Shown here one piece after another: positions 30,710 through 40,850 of a stretch of 64,000 nucleotides of DNA (position 1 is its first letter; every line of letters begins with the position of its first letter). The stretch comes from Candidatus Spongiisociaceae bacterium (GTDB lineage: Bacteria; Actinomycetota; Acidimicrobiia; Spongiisociales; Spongiisociaceae): positions 1,440,001-1,504,000 of the forward strand of contig OZ253564.1 of NCBI GenBank assembly GCA_965262915.1, in the 5' to 3' direction. Both the position numbers and the translations under genes were made by a program. Under the pieces are notes generated by a model. That model had not been told where the DNA came from and searched no databases. It saw only the letters and a list, made by a program, of their open reading frames with translations.

Positions 30710-31654
30710 TCAGACGGATTCGATGTTGCGGGGCGACACCACGGCATCGTGGAGGCGCTTGAACTGGTCGATGGCCTGCGCCGGGTCTCCGCCGTAGAGG
30801 AAGATCAGGTGGCGGACACCACTACGCTCGTACTCCGAGACGCGGGCTGCTACCTCGGCGGGGCTTCCGGCAAGGCACAGCTTCGATATCAGTTCGTGGG
30901 TGAACTCTCGGTGGTAACGCTGAGTGAGATGGCCGGCGAGGTCCCGTCTCGCTTCATCCCCGTCGTCGGCTAACCGGGTGGGAATCATAAGGGCGGCAGC
31001 GACACCGTCCGCGTCGCGTTGGGCGTCGCGGGCGTGTGTACGAACTCTGGCGATGCTGGTCTCGAAGCGATCAGGCGACACCATGTAGCCCATCCAGCCG
31101 TCGCCGAGCCTGCCCGCACGCCGCAGCGCCGCATCAGCCCTTCCCCCGACCCAGATCGGCGGTCCGCCCAGGCGGACCGGCATCGGGTTAATCCCCACGT
31201 CGTCGAATCGGGTGAACCGCCCGTTGAAGCTGGCCTCAGGATCCGTCCATAGTGCCCGCATCACCTCGATACCTTCGTCCGTTCGGACACCCCGCTCACT
31301 TCGAGGAATGCCAACGAGCTCGAAGTCCTTGGCGCTCTCGCCACCCACTCCGACACCACACACGACCCGCCCTCCGGTCAAATAATCAAGGGACGCCATC
31401 TGCTTGGCTACCAGTCCGGGCGGCCGGAGTGGGAGCAGAAGTACCCCCGTGCCGATTGTGATAGACGTGGTGTACGAGGCGAAAGCCGATAGGGCAATGC
31501 TCCCCTCAAGGATGGGGTTCCCGAAGGACAGGTGGTCGCCGCACCAAAGCGAATCGTACCTGAGATCCTCGGCACAGGCCGCTATGTCACGAAAGATGCC
31601 GGGATCGGGCAAAGCCTCGGGCATCTGCCCGCTGGCCATGACGCCGAACTGCAC
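30710..31654 (-). CDS. LLM-class flavin/F420-dependent oxidoreductase
   Basis: YDSLWCGDH, TIGTGVLLLPLR, PPIWVGG, RRAGRLGDGW. Confidence 0.92.
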   Translation of the reverse strand: MQFGVMASGQMPEALPDPGIFRDIAACAEDLRYDSLWCGDHLSFGNPILEGSIALSAFASYTTSITIGTGVLLLPLRPPGLVAKQMASLDYLTGGRVVCGVGVGGESAKDFELVGIPRSERGVRTDEGIEVMRALWTDPEASFNGRFTRFDDVGINPMPVRLGGPPIWVGGRADAALRRAGRLGDGWMGYMVSPDRFETSIARVRTHARDAQRDADGVAAALMIPTRLADDGDEARRDLAGHLTQRYHREFTHELISKLCLAGSPAEVAARVSEYERSGVRHLIFLYGGDPAQAIDQFKRLHDAVVSPRNIESV

Positions 31655-31661
31655 CGCTCGC

Positions 31662-32369
31662 TCAACCGAGGTCAGTCGGAAGAATGGCGATGAGCTCTTC
31701 GAGGTTCGACGCTGTGCCCAGCCCTTCCACGACGTCAGCGATCTCATGCCGACGCCCTGCTGAGTAGACGTGAGTCGTAAGCTCGTCGAATTTCGACCGC
31801 AGTTCCCGAGGAGACAGCGGGTTGTTCGGATCTCCTTTCGGATCATCGATCGATTCCCGGAACGTCCGGCCGTCGGTCGTCTTCACTTCGGCCCAGCCCG
31901 ACCACTGCTGCGGATAGATGCGATCCAGTTCGGTGTCCACCACGCAATGAGTGGCGTCCATGATCCGAAGCACCTCGGGGTCGCTGAACAAGGAGCCGTC
32001 GTACTCTGCTAGCGACGCACGACCGGCGCGCACGGCGGCGGCGAAGGCTGCGGGGAAGATGACGACGCCAGGATGGCTAGACGCGGCACTGTGGACGTCG
32101 TCGTATTCGATGGAGTGGGCGGCGACGGCGTTGGCCATCGCGGCGTACAGCGGCGTCGCACTCAACGACGTGCCGACGATCGACGACGATCCCTCACCCG
32201 AGGCGAGCGCGAACCTCTGGATGCAGGCTCCTGAGTCGGTGGTCGAGCCGTTGGCGGCGACGCCGAGGTGGTCCAGCAGCAGCAAGCGGGTCGCGCTGAG
32301 GTCCTCCTGAGCCAGATCATCGAACTGCAACTCGAATACTCGTTCGACGAGGTTTCTCGTCAGCGACAT
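31662..32369 (-). pseudogene. MmgE/PrpD-family protein with a large in-frame internal deletion
   Basis: HSIEYDDVH...SHPGVVIFPAA joins directly to the C-terminal PKGDPNNPLS; 235 aa versus roughly 450 aa typical. Confidence 0.8.
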
Positions 32370-32432
32370 CGGGCGCTCCTCGGCAAAGGTCCGGATCGGT
32401 TCGTCAAGCTTATGAGCCGACGCGCACCACCG

Positions 32433-33668
32433 TCAAGATCGGTTCTCGTCAACTCCTCCGAATGCTCCCGTAGCCTCAAGCTCAGCCACTCGCTCTGGCG
32501 GGTAGCCAAGAAGCTCGGAGATCACGTAATCCAGATCCTCGTTGCGCGTTGGGGCTCGCCGGTACGTCACCTCCGACGGCTGCCCGACCCGCATCGAGCT
32601 GGCCACCTCGTACACGGTGCCCCACTCGGGATGGTCGACCTCGATCACCATTCCTCTAGCTACGGTGTGAGGATCCCTCAGGGCGGGTCCTACCGACTGG
32701 ACCGGAGCACACGGCACCCCCGCCTCAGTCAGCAAGTCGATCCACTCCTCGGTGGTGCGCTCTTGAAAGACGGAGTCGAGGATCGAAAGCAGCTCATCCG
32801 CGTTCTCACGACGATCTCCGAAGGTCCTGTACCGATCGTCTGTGGCCAGGTCGGGGCGGTCCAAGGCCTCGACGAGACGATGCCAGAACTTCTCCTTGGC
32901 GCACCCCGCGACGATCCATCCATCCGACGTTTCGAAGTTCTGGAAGGGCACAAGCGATGGGTGGGCCGAGTGACGAGTGCGGGTCGGCTCGAAACCCTTC
33001 GTGAGGTGCCACGTAGCCTGATACGTCAGCATGTTGATCGCGACGTCGTACAGGCTCAGGTCACAGTCCATGCCGATTCCGTCACGCCGGGCGGCGTGCA
33101 GCCCAGCAAGAATGGCCCCCGCGGCCATGTACCCGCCGGAGAAGTCGACCAGCGAGAGCCCCGACTTTGTAGGCGGCCCATCGGGCTCACCCGTCAGATC
33201 CATCCATCCGCCCAGGCCCTGGAGAATGTAGTCGTATCCGGGCTGTTTGGCACGTGGGCCCGTCATCCCAAAGCCGCTCAGAGAGCTGCATACGATGGCG
33301 GGATTCAGATGCTTGAGGTCGTCGTACATCAGACGAAGACGTGCCGGCACGTCGCCGCGAAGGTTGGAGTGCACTACGTCGGACACTCGTACGAGATCTT
33401 CGAAGACTTCTCTGCCTTCGGCTACCGTCAAGTCGAGACTCAAGCTCCGTTTGTTCCGGTTGAACGTCTCGAAGAACAGGCTGTCCTCTCCGTCCTGGTA
33501 CGGAGGTATGTACCGAGATACGTCGCCGCCGGTGCGGGGATCCTCGATCTTGATGACCTCGGCGCCGAGATCCGCCAGATGGAGCGAGCAGAAGGGTCCT
33601 GCTCCGAACTGCTCGATGGCGATAATCCGGACGTCTTCCAGCGGTCTCAACGGGTCCTCCTCATCCAC
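32433..33668 (-). CDS. CaiB/BaiF family III CoA transferase
   Basis: GAGPFCSLHLADLGAEVIKIE, NRNKRSLSLDL, GYDYILQ. Confidence 0.95.
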   Translation of the reverse strand: MDEEDPLRPLEDVRIIAIEQFGAGPFCSLHLADLGAEVIKIEDPRTGGDVSRYIPPYQDGEDSLFFETFNRNKRSLSLDLTVAEGREVFEDLVRVSDVVHSNLRGDVPARLRLMYDDLKHLNPAIVCSSLSGFGMTGPRAKQPGYDYILQGLGGWMDLTGEPDGPPTKSGLSLVDFSGGYMAAGAILAGLHAARRDGIGMDCDLSLYDVAINMLTYQATWHLTKGFEPTRTRHSAHPSLVPFQNFETSDGWIVAGCAKEKFWHRLVEALDRPDLATDDRYRTFGDRRENADELLSILDSVFQERTTEEWIDLLTEAGVPCAPVQSVGPALRDPHTVARGMVIEVDHPEWGTVYEVASSMRVGQPSEVTYRRAPTRNEDLDYVISELLGYPPERVAELEATGAFGGVDENRS

Positions 33669-33728
33669 TCGCACCCGACACCAATGCAGGCCATTAGAGT
33701 ACTCGCAAGACACACGACCTCGGAGGCC

Positions 33729-34286
33729 ATGGCACCTTCTCACGCGCCCGCCGGATGCGTCACCGGTCGGTTGCAGCCCGTCCACAACGGGCACCTCGAA
33801 CTCTTCAGGATGGTCCTCGGTGCGGGCTTACGTCTCATTGTCGGCATCACAAACCCGGATCCGCCATCCAGAGAGGCGCACCCCGACCACGATTCGCGTC
33901 ACCTCGCAGAGAACAACCCTTTCACGTTCCACCAGCGCCTCACCATGGTTCATGCGGCTCTGGCATCAGCAGGCATCAGCCCTGTGCGCTATGACATAGT
34001 CCCGTTCCCTCTTCACAACCCGGAGCGGGTAGAACACTATGTTCCTCTCGACGTAGTCCAGTACGTCCGAGTCTTTTCCCCGTGGGAGGCCGGCAAGGCT
34101 GACATGCTCCGCGGCTACGGATACACTGTGGAACTCGTCGACGGAGACGGCGAACATCGCATCACAGCCTCGTCCATTCGGGAGGCTTATCGCCTTGGAC
34201 GGCCGTGGCGTGACCTGGTGCCCGCACCGGTTGCCGACCTGGTAGATGACTATATCCGCAGCGGGCACTTCGCGTCCCGGCCGTGA
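33729..34286 (+). CDS. NMN adenylyltransferase-like nucleotidyltransferase
   Basis: RBS ggagg; GRLQPVHNGH, NNPFT, ITASSIR. Confidence 0.85.
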   Translation: MAPSHAPAGCVTGRLQPVHNGHLELFRMVLGAGLRLIVGITNPDPPSREAHPDHDSRHLAENNPFTFHQRLTMVHAALASAGISPVRYDIVPFPLHNPERVEHYVPLDVVQYVRVFSPWEAGKADMLRGYGYTVELVDGDGEHRITASSIREAYRLGRPWRDLVPAPVADLVDDYIRSGHFASRP

Positions 34287-35626
34287 TCCCATATGGCGAC
34301 ACCCATCCGATGTTGCCTGACAACCGGCTGCCCCTGGTCCTGGTCATCCTCGACGGACTAGGAGACCGGGCCGTACCCGAACTCGGCGGCCGCACCCCTG
34401 CGGAAGCGGCCGAGACTCCACACCTTGATCGGCTCGCCGCTCGAGGTGCCTCCGCTCTTCACCTACCCTTCGGACCCGGAAAGGCTCCTGCGAGCGAGAT
34501 CTCTCACTGGGCTTTGTTCGGCTGTGAGCCTGATACCTTCCCCGGCCGAGCCGTGCTTGAAGCCCGCGGGCATGGCGCGGTCGTACAAGCCGGGCAGGTC
34601 CACTCGTATGCCGCCTTGCGGGTCGGGGAGGAGCGAGACGGTGTCGTATGGGTCACCGGGAGGGCTGCACCCTCCGACGGTGCCGACGCCCACGTCCTGT
34701 TCGAGGCACTCGACGGGATAACGATCGATGGATTCCGCTTCGGCTTGCAACGCCTCACCAGGGGTGAAGCCTTGCTTTCGATCTCCGGGCAGGCCTCGCC
34801 GGACATCACCGACTCCGACCCGTTCTTTGAGCAAATCCATCCGTGGCTACGACCGCTCCCACTCGCGGATGCAACAAACCCGGCCACGGCTACCGCCACT
34901 TCATCTGCGGTTGAGGAGTTCCTGCGGTCGAGTCGCCGCCTCCTGCACGCACACCCGGTCAACGTGCAACGCCGGGAGCGCGGCCTACCGGTGCTCGACG
35001 TGCTCACCACGAAATGGACCGGCATGGTGCGTCCGGTTCCGTCATTCGAAGAACGGGTCGGCGTACCCGGCGCAGCGGTGACGTCGAGCGCGTTGTACCG
35101 GGGACTGGCGGCGACGCTCGGTCTCATCTCTCATGACATCGAGCCTCTGCCGGACCCGGGCGAGGATCTCTTCGTCCGTTTCGAGACCGCGGCGACTCTG
35201 CTCGACGAGGGAGCACAGTTCGTCCACGTACACACCAAGGCAGCGGACGAGGCAGGCCATACCAAGGACCCGCGCGAGAAGATGCGCGTTCTCCAGCTCC
35301 TCGACGAAGCCTCGCGCAGGCTCCACCAGAAGCCCTTCCTCTCTGCAGTCGTCGTGATCACCGGCGACCACGCCACACCGTCCGTCGACGGCATCTTGCA
35401 TTCGGGAGACCCGACTCCGTTCTTGATGACCTCCCCGACCACACGGCCCGACGCCGTCACGAGCTTCGGCGAATCCTTCGCCGAGCGCGGTGCCATGGGG
35501 ACTATTGGAGCCTGTGACGTGTTGCCGCTGATGCTCGACCGCGCCAACCGACCTATGTTCCTTGGCTCCAGGATCACGCCCTACGAAAGCCTCGGGCTAC
35601 CCGACTGCCCTGAGCCGATGACTTAG
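34283..35626 (+). CDS. Cofactor-independent phosphoglycerate mutase-like (ApgM family)
   Basis: ILDGLGD, TPHLDRLA, HTKAADEAGH, TGDHATP, HSGDP. Confidence 0.88.
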   Translation: MIPYGDTHPMLPDNRLPLVLVILDGLGDRAVPELGGRTPAEAAETPHLDRLAARGASALHLPFGPGKAPASEISHWALFGCEPDTFPGRAVLEARGHGAVVQAGQVHSYAALRVGEERDGVVWVTGRAAPSDGADAHVLFEALDGITIDGFRFGLQRLTRGEALLSISGQASPDITDSDPFFEQIHPWLRPLPLADATNPATATATSSAVEEFLRSSRRLLHAHPVNVQRRERGLPVLDVLTTKWTGMVRPVPSFEERVGVPGAAVTSSALYRGLAATLGLISHDIEPLPDPGEDLFVRFETAATLLDEGAQFVHVHTKAADEAGHTKDPREKMRVLQLLDEASRRLHQKPFLSAVVVITGDHATPSVDGILHSGDPTPFLMTSPTTRPDAVTSFGESFAERGAMGTIGACDVLPLMLDRANRPMFLGSRITPYESLGLPDCPEPMT

Positions 35627-35707
35627 CAACAGGACACCTCAAGCATTCAGACACGGCATGAAAGGCGGGCAATAACCTCCCGACGGTAGCTCGGTGGTCG
35701 TGTCTAC

Positions 35708-35911
35708 GGGGTTAGCGGAATATTTGGACGGGATGGTGCGGTTTCGGGGGGTTGCCGTGGAACGTTTCGCTCCGGGCGCTGGGGGTGGATGCTGGGGACG
35801 GTCTGCTGGTAGTCATTGGCTGTGGCCGGGGTCACCGTAGAAAATGGACAAGAGACAACGGTTTCGTTGCGGACCTGTAGGGGTTGGGTTGGCGTCAGCG
35901 GAGGGATCTAA
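35708..35911. mobile_element. Two orphan Tn3-type ends stacked in the same orientation (35708 and 35828)
   Basis: ggggttagcggaatatttggacg (as at 28517) and ggggtcaccgtagaaaatggacaa (as at 26475). Confidence 0.8.
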
Positions 35912-36416
35912 GGGGTGACCGTAGTAAATGGACAAAATGTTACGGTTTCAGGGGGGTCCGTAGGGGTCGGTGTTGGCCGTGGGGTGGTGGTGTGGGGTTG
36001 GTGAAGTCGTATCGGCCCGAGGGCGCCTCTCCTACGAACGAGCATGCACAGCCTTCAGGGAAGCCAGCGGCGGGTTGACCCTCCACCAACTCCGCCACTC
36101 CTCCCTCACCCACCTCGGTGAAGCCAGCGCGTCGGCATGCTGCTCCAAGGCAAAGCCGCCACCGTGACCTCCGCACCCTCGGCCGCTACACCAAACCAGG
36201 TACCGAAGCCGTCGCCGCCCTCGCCACCCACTTCGACAACAGCCGCTAACAGCACACGACCGAACAGGGCAGCGAAATAGCCAACCACACGGCAACACGA
36301 CTACCGGAGGCTGATCCCGACAGCCAAATACCACCCAACACCAGCCGACTGCGGCAGCAGGTACTGACCGCTGGTCATGAAACCGTAACATTTTGTCCAT
36401 TTACTACGGTCACCCC
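35912..36416. mobile_element. Tn3-derived miniature element (505 bp), third IR family
   Basis: Perfect 38-bp IRs ggggtgaccgtagtaaatggacaaaatgttacggtttc; tnpA tail (minus) and recombinase tail LHQLRHSSLTHL...RYTKPG (plus). Confidence 0.9.
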
Positions 36417-36479
36417 CAACACCGGTCCGGTGATCTCCACCGATTCACGCTGCTATCCCCCTAACCAGCGGAAACGTAC

Positions 36480-37316
36480 GAGGTCGTCACGTTTGCACGT
36501 AGCTGTTCCGCGCTCTGTCGTAACCAACGATCCGACCCCGGCTGCCCAAATGCTGAACACGATGCGCCTCGTTGCGAAACCGCTCTCTCCTGGTCAAGGG
36601 ATAGCCCCGTACGTCGCCGAAGTCCATGCGGGCGACCTCGTCGAGTTCGGCGGCCTGCCGGTTCTGCTACAAGAGCTGGTAGTCGACGCCGACCTCCGTG
36701 TCGTAGTAGTCGGATCACGCGCTTGGACATGGCGACGACCGCGCAATCCAGACGCGATCGACTGGCGCGCCGAGGACCCGCACGGAACCGGTTTCGAACG
36801 CGCGTCATCCCCCGCCGTCGAGCGCGAAGCGATCGACTTGACCGGAGCACTGGGCCTCACCATGAGCGTGCAGGACTGGCTGGAAACTCCCGATGGCATC
36901 GTGTTCTTGGAGGCGAACCCCCAAGGGGCATGGACATTCCTCGACCGCTCCGAGGAAGTCATCCCTGACGCCCTCGCAGCACACCTCATTGAACGGTCAG
37001 GGGAGGTCCTAGCCGACGGGAAATGGCCGCATCCGTTAAAGCTCGTCCTATGGGACCTCTACCCGGCGAGTAAGGCGCCTGACAACGACGGCGCGGTCGC
37101 ACCCCCGTTCGCTCCGCCTCCCTGGGCATCCGCAGCTGCACGATCCCCTGCAGCGCTGTCCGTTGCGGTCAGAGCGAACGACGAGGCGAAAACTGGAGCC
37201 AGAACAGCGGAGGACAAGGCAGCCCGACTCGTCCGCACAGCACTCACAACGCTCACCGTCGCTACAGCACTCTTCGGCTACGAGTTGCAGGTCGCGCTCG
37301 CGCGCGTCGCTTGGTG
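36480..37316 (+). pseudogene. ATP-grasp (MvdC/D-, RimK-like) fragment fused to a membrane region, truncated at both ends by Tn3 IRs
   Basis: LLQELV..DLRVVVVG...IDWR...VFLEANPQGAWTFL. Confidence 0.7.
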
Positions 37317-37340
37317 GGGGTCTCCGGAATATTTGGACGG

Positions 37341-38750
37341 TGGTCTCAATCGGTGAACGCAACGGATGGCTGTCTTGTAGCTTAGAGTTGAGGTAGTGAA
37401 GCGGCGTGTCAGTCCCCGTTGTTTCGGCCGTGTGAGGTTTAGAGGAGTGTTTCGTCGCAATATCTCCGTGGAGGCTCCTTGTGGTCGTGGGTCGTCTCAA
37501 TGACCAACGCCGTGGGCATCGGAGTGTTCAAGATGTTTGTTTGGTTACGGCTGTTAATGCTTGGTGGGGTGTTTGCCAGCCGAGGGTCTGGCGTGGTCGG
37601 TTGTTTAGTTCTGCTGCTACCTGGTCGTACGCTCTCTGGTCGAGCTTGTAGAAGTTGGTTGACTTGGGGAAATACTGGCGGAGCAGCCCGTTGGTGTTCT
37701 CGTTGGTTCCGCGCTGCCAGGGACTGTACGGGTCGCAGAGGTAGACTTCGATACCGGCCTTCTCCCGGAGGGTCTTATGGCCGGCGATCTCCTTGCCCTG
37801 ATCCCACGTCAACGTTCTACGCAGAGTGGGCGGGAAGGCTTCGAGCTGGGCGGCTATCGCGTTGTTCAGTGCCTCAGCGGTGCGGCTCCCTGGGAGGGCA
37901 GCCAGTATCAGGTACCGGGTCTTGGGTTCCACCAGGGTAGCCACGGCGGTTACTCGGTTCCCCACCAGTAGATCTCCTTCCCAATGCCCAGCCTCCTCAC
38001 GGGTTTCAACTACGCCGGGTCGGGCTGAGATCAAGACAGGATCCCTGATCACACCCTGGCCTCTCCCTCGACGATGCCCTGTCCGTGGTGTTCGAGCAGC
38101 ACGGCGGGTGCGAAGGCATCGCCACAGTTCTTTGCGGAGCACACCACGATGATGGGCGTACACAGACCGGTAGATCGTCTCGTGGCATACCCACATCGAC
38201 GGGTCAGTCGGGTACTCGGTACGAAGCCACCCCGAGATCTGCTCGGGTGACCACCGAACTGCCAGTTTGCTCTCCACGAGGATCCGCAGGCGGCTGTTAG
38301 CGGCGAGTTTGGGCACCTTCGGACGTTTCGCTCGTTCACGGACTCGATCCTCAGCGTCAACAGCCCGATAGGCACCCCGCCCACCGTTGGTGTTCACTTC
38401 ACGACAGATCGTCGAGGGCGCGCGGTCAAGCCGCCTGGCTATCGACCGCAACGACTCACCCGCTACCAGCCCCCAAGATATCTCTTCTCGGTCCATCAGC
38501 GACATCCGAGCCGAAGACCAAGCAGGCGGCCCCACAGGCCGCCGGAACCCGTGACGGGCCACATAGTCCCGCACCGTGCTCAACGGCCGCCCGACCGACG
38601 CCGCTATCTCCCTCAAAGTCTGACCAGCCTCGTACCGATCCCAAATCTCTGTCTGTTCCACAGTATTCATATGACGGCCCATCACAACACCTCCTACCCA
38701 TCCCGACTGGTATTTCCAGACCTAGGTGTTGCGTTGACCCTCTGAGGCCA
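37341..38750 (-). mobile_element. IS30-family element (with an extra IS30 end fragment at the left)
   Basis: Ends tggtctcaatcggtgaacgcaac / reverse complement tggcctcagagggtcaacgcaac (18/23 identical). Confidence 0.75.
37528..38685 (-). CDS. IS30-family transposase
   Basis: WSPEQISG, GHWEGDL, TWDQGKE, SPWQRGTNENTNGLLRQYFPK. Confidence 0.95.
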   Translation of the reverse strand: MMGRHMNTVEQTEIWDRYEAGQTLREIAASVGRPLSTVRDYVARHGFRRPVGPPAWSSARMSLMDREEISWGLVAGESLRSIARRLDRAPSTICREVNTNGGRGAYRAVDAEDRVRERAKRPKVPKLAANSRLRILVESKLAVRWSPEQISGWLRTEYPTDPSMWVCHETIYRSVYAHHRGVLRKELWRCLRTRRAARTPRTGHRRGRGQGVIRDPVLISARPGVVETREEAGHWEGDLLVGNRVTAVATLVEPKTRYLILAALPGSRTAEALNNAIAAQLEAFPPTLRRTLTWDQGKEIAGHKTLREKAGIEVYLCDPYSPWQRGTNENTNGLLRQYFPKSTNFYKLDQRAYDQVAAELNNRPRQTLGWQTPHQALTAVTKQTS

Positions 38751-38927
38751 CAGTCCCCATTTACTACGGTCACCCCCAGTCGCCGCCCCGGATCAGGAAC
38801 CAGTTGGGGTGAGCCCGGAAAGCACCTGAAAAACCGGGCATCCAAAAGGCCTTGGTTCCACAAGTCGTCGAACCTCGATTTTTGGTTAACCTATCTAGGC
38901 CGGTTCCAGGGAAGGGGAGACACAAAC

Positions 38928-39761
38928 TTGAGCACTATTGACGGTCCAGCGTCCACGGGGACTCCTAGGGATACAGTCGATAGTGGAGGCGAGCTAGATC
39001 TAACGCCGAGGAGAGACGGATCCCGGCGGCGGCTGGGATTCGGGATCGTAGTTGCTGCTGTGTTGGGCATTGCCCTTCTGGTCTTCTTCGGCGGCGCTGG
39101 CAGGTTCGACGAAGACCTGCGAGAAGCTGCGGCAGCTGCTGAGGCGTCCAGAATCGCTGCCTACTCCGTCTCTGTTGCTGCCTACGCAGATTTAGTAGCG
39201 GCCCAGGTCGACGTCCAGACCACGTACGCCGACTTCGACGCCGCGCACTCGGTGTACTTTTTCGCCGAAATTGGCTCCTTAGCTGAAGCTACCGCTCTCG
39301 CAGCGTCTGGTGGAGCAGCGAGAGCGACAGCTCAGGCGTCCATAGTTGCGAGCCGTGCGGCCCTCGCGTCTGGTGAAGCCCTAGCCGCCGCCCATGACGC
39401 TGACGCTGCTGAAGCCGATGCGTATGTCGCTTACTTCAACGATGAGGAACCCGCCCGCGCCGCAGCCACCGCCGCTTTCGTCGAGATGGCTGCGGCGGCT
39501 AGAGAAGCCGCCCGTGCGGCCCTCGCGTCTGGTGAAGCCCTAGCCGCCTCCTATGACGCTGACGCTGACGCCTACAACGCCTACGCCCGCTTCGCCCAGA
39601 GCAGCTCCGTCGATGACACAGCGGTTACAGCAGCATGGGGGGCGGCCACCTACGCCAATTCAGTCTCAGCTGAAGCTGATGTCGCCCTTGCTCAAGCCAC
39701 TAACCGCTTTGTAGCGGCACAAAAGTCGGCGTTCGACGCTGCGGGCGCCGTTGACGTTTGA
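38928..39761 (+). CDS. Ala-rich single-TM coiled-coil protein
   Basis: One TM helix; internal duplication RAALASGEALAA. Confidence 0.7.
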   Translation: MSTIDGPASTGTPRDTVDSGGELDLTPRRDGSRRRLGFGIVVAAVLGIALLVFFGGAGRFDEDLREAAAAAEASRIAAYSVSVAAYADLVAAQVDVQTTYADFDAAHSVYFFAEIGSLAEATALAASGGAARATAQASIVASRAALASGEALAAAHDADAAEADAYVAYFNDEEPARAAATAAFVEMAAAAREAARAALASGEALAASYDADADAYNAYARFAQSSSVDDTAVTAAWGAATYANSVSAEADVALAQATNRFVAAQKSAFDAAGAVDV

Positions 39762-40061
39762 GGTATCCCCCAAAGGCGAGCCCTCCGTCGCTCCTTAATA
39801 CACCCAGCTAGCTGGGTGTTCTCTGCACTGGGCAACGGACTGCCACTCCGCAGGCGGGCAATCAGCGCCGCAGGAGCGATTCCGTAGGATGGCCCGCATC
39901 TCGCCTTGTCGGACCGGCCCGACAAGGCGCAGCGGCCAGAGCAAGCGACCGAGTGGAGTGCAGGGTACCGGCCGGTAGACCACAAGCGCCGGCGGGACAC
40001 GGAGGTTGCCAATGTCGTGGGTTGGTAGAGAAGTCGAACGAATCCGGCAGGAGACGAGTAC

Positions 40062-40685
40062 ATGGCAATGACGAATCCCATTCCCACCGACGGTCCGATC
40101 CCCGTCGGCGTCATCGCCGGGATCGACGAAACCGTCTTCTCTGAAGACGACAACATCACCATCACCTATGTCCTCGCTGGCGTTGTGTACCGCGACGCCC
40201 AAGCGGCCCGTCGGGCCTTCCAGCAACTTATCGCTGGCCGCAAGGGACCGTTTCACTGGCGGGAAGAAGGCCGCGAGCGCCGTGAGGAAGCAGTCACCCT
40301 CCTAGAAGAGCACGTTGTCGCTACCTACCTGCTTGCTCGACCAACTGGAATCCACCGCCCGCTAGAGGCGCGTCACGAACTTCTCGCCCATCTCGTAGCA
40401 GAACTCCTCAATGACGGAGTCGACCACGTCATCATCGAATCAGCACGGGTTCCAGCCAATGACGGTCGGGACCGCGATACGATCGTGGAATCATTCCGAG
40501 CCGACAGCGCCAACCGTACGTTCACTTACGACTGGCGCACTAAGACCGAGCCGCTGCTGTGGTACCCCGACGCGCTCGCCGGCGTCGCCCATGAATTCCT
40601 CGCCGATGGAAAAGCACACCACTTTCGACGACTTCAGAGAGCAGAAGTCGTCACCGAGATCCGCTACCCCCGTTCTGATCACTGA
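40062..40685 (+). CDS. DUF3800-like (RNase H-fold) hypothetical protein
   Basis: GIDET...YVLAGV...FHW...PLLWYPDALAG. Confidence 0.6.
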   Translation: MAMTNPIPTDGPIPVGVIAGIDETVFSEDDNITITYVLAGVVYRDAQAARRAFQQLIAGRKGPFHWREEGRERREEAVTLLEEHVVATYLLARPTGIHRPLEARHELLAHLVAELLNDGVDHVIIESARVPANDGRDRDTIVESFRADSANRTFTYDWRTKTEPLLWYPDALAGVAHEFLADGKAHHFRRLQRAEVVTEIRYPRSDH

Positions 40686-40822
40686 AGTTCCTCTTTACCT
40701 TGGGTGGCTCTGATGTGTCAGGATCGGGGCTGGTCGCTCACAGCGGCCAGTAGGGCCTCACCGTTCGTTACCGGGTTGCTTGCCTTTAGGGGCGATCTGA
40801 TCCTAGGACCACCGGGGATGTG

Positions 40823-40850
40823 ATGTCCGATAATGAACATTATGTAAAGC
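40823..40850 (+). other. dif-like Xer recombination site #2
   Basis: atgtccgataa-tgaaca-ttatgtaaagc. Confidence 0.8.

Noticed and set aside
32268-34286. 672-aa ORF as a single fusion protein
   Set aside because: The first ~490 aa are antisense to the CoA transferase; the real gene starts at ATG 33729 after ggagg.
28517-35745. Intact composite Tn3 carrying the metabolic block
   Set aside because: The IRs at 28517 and 35708 are in direct orientation, and no matching 5-bp TSD or tnpA is present.
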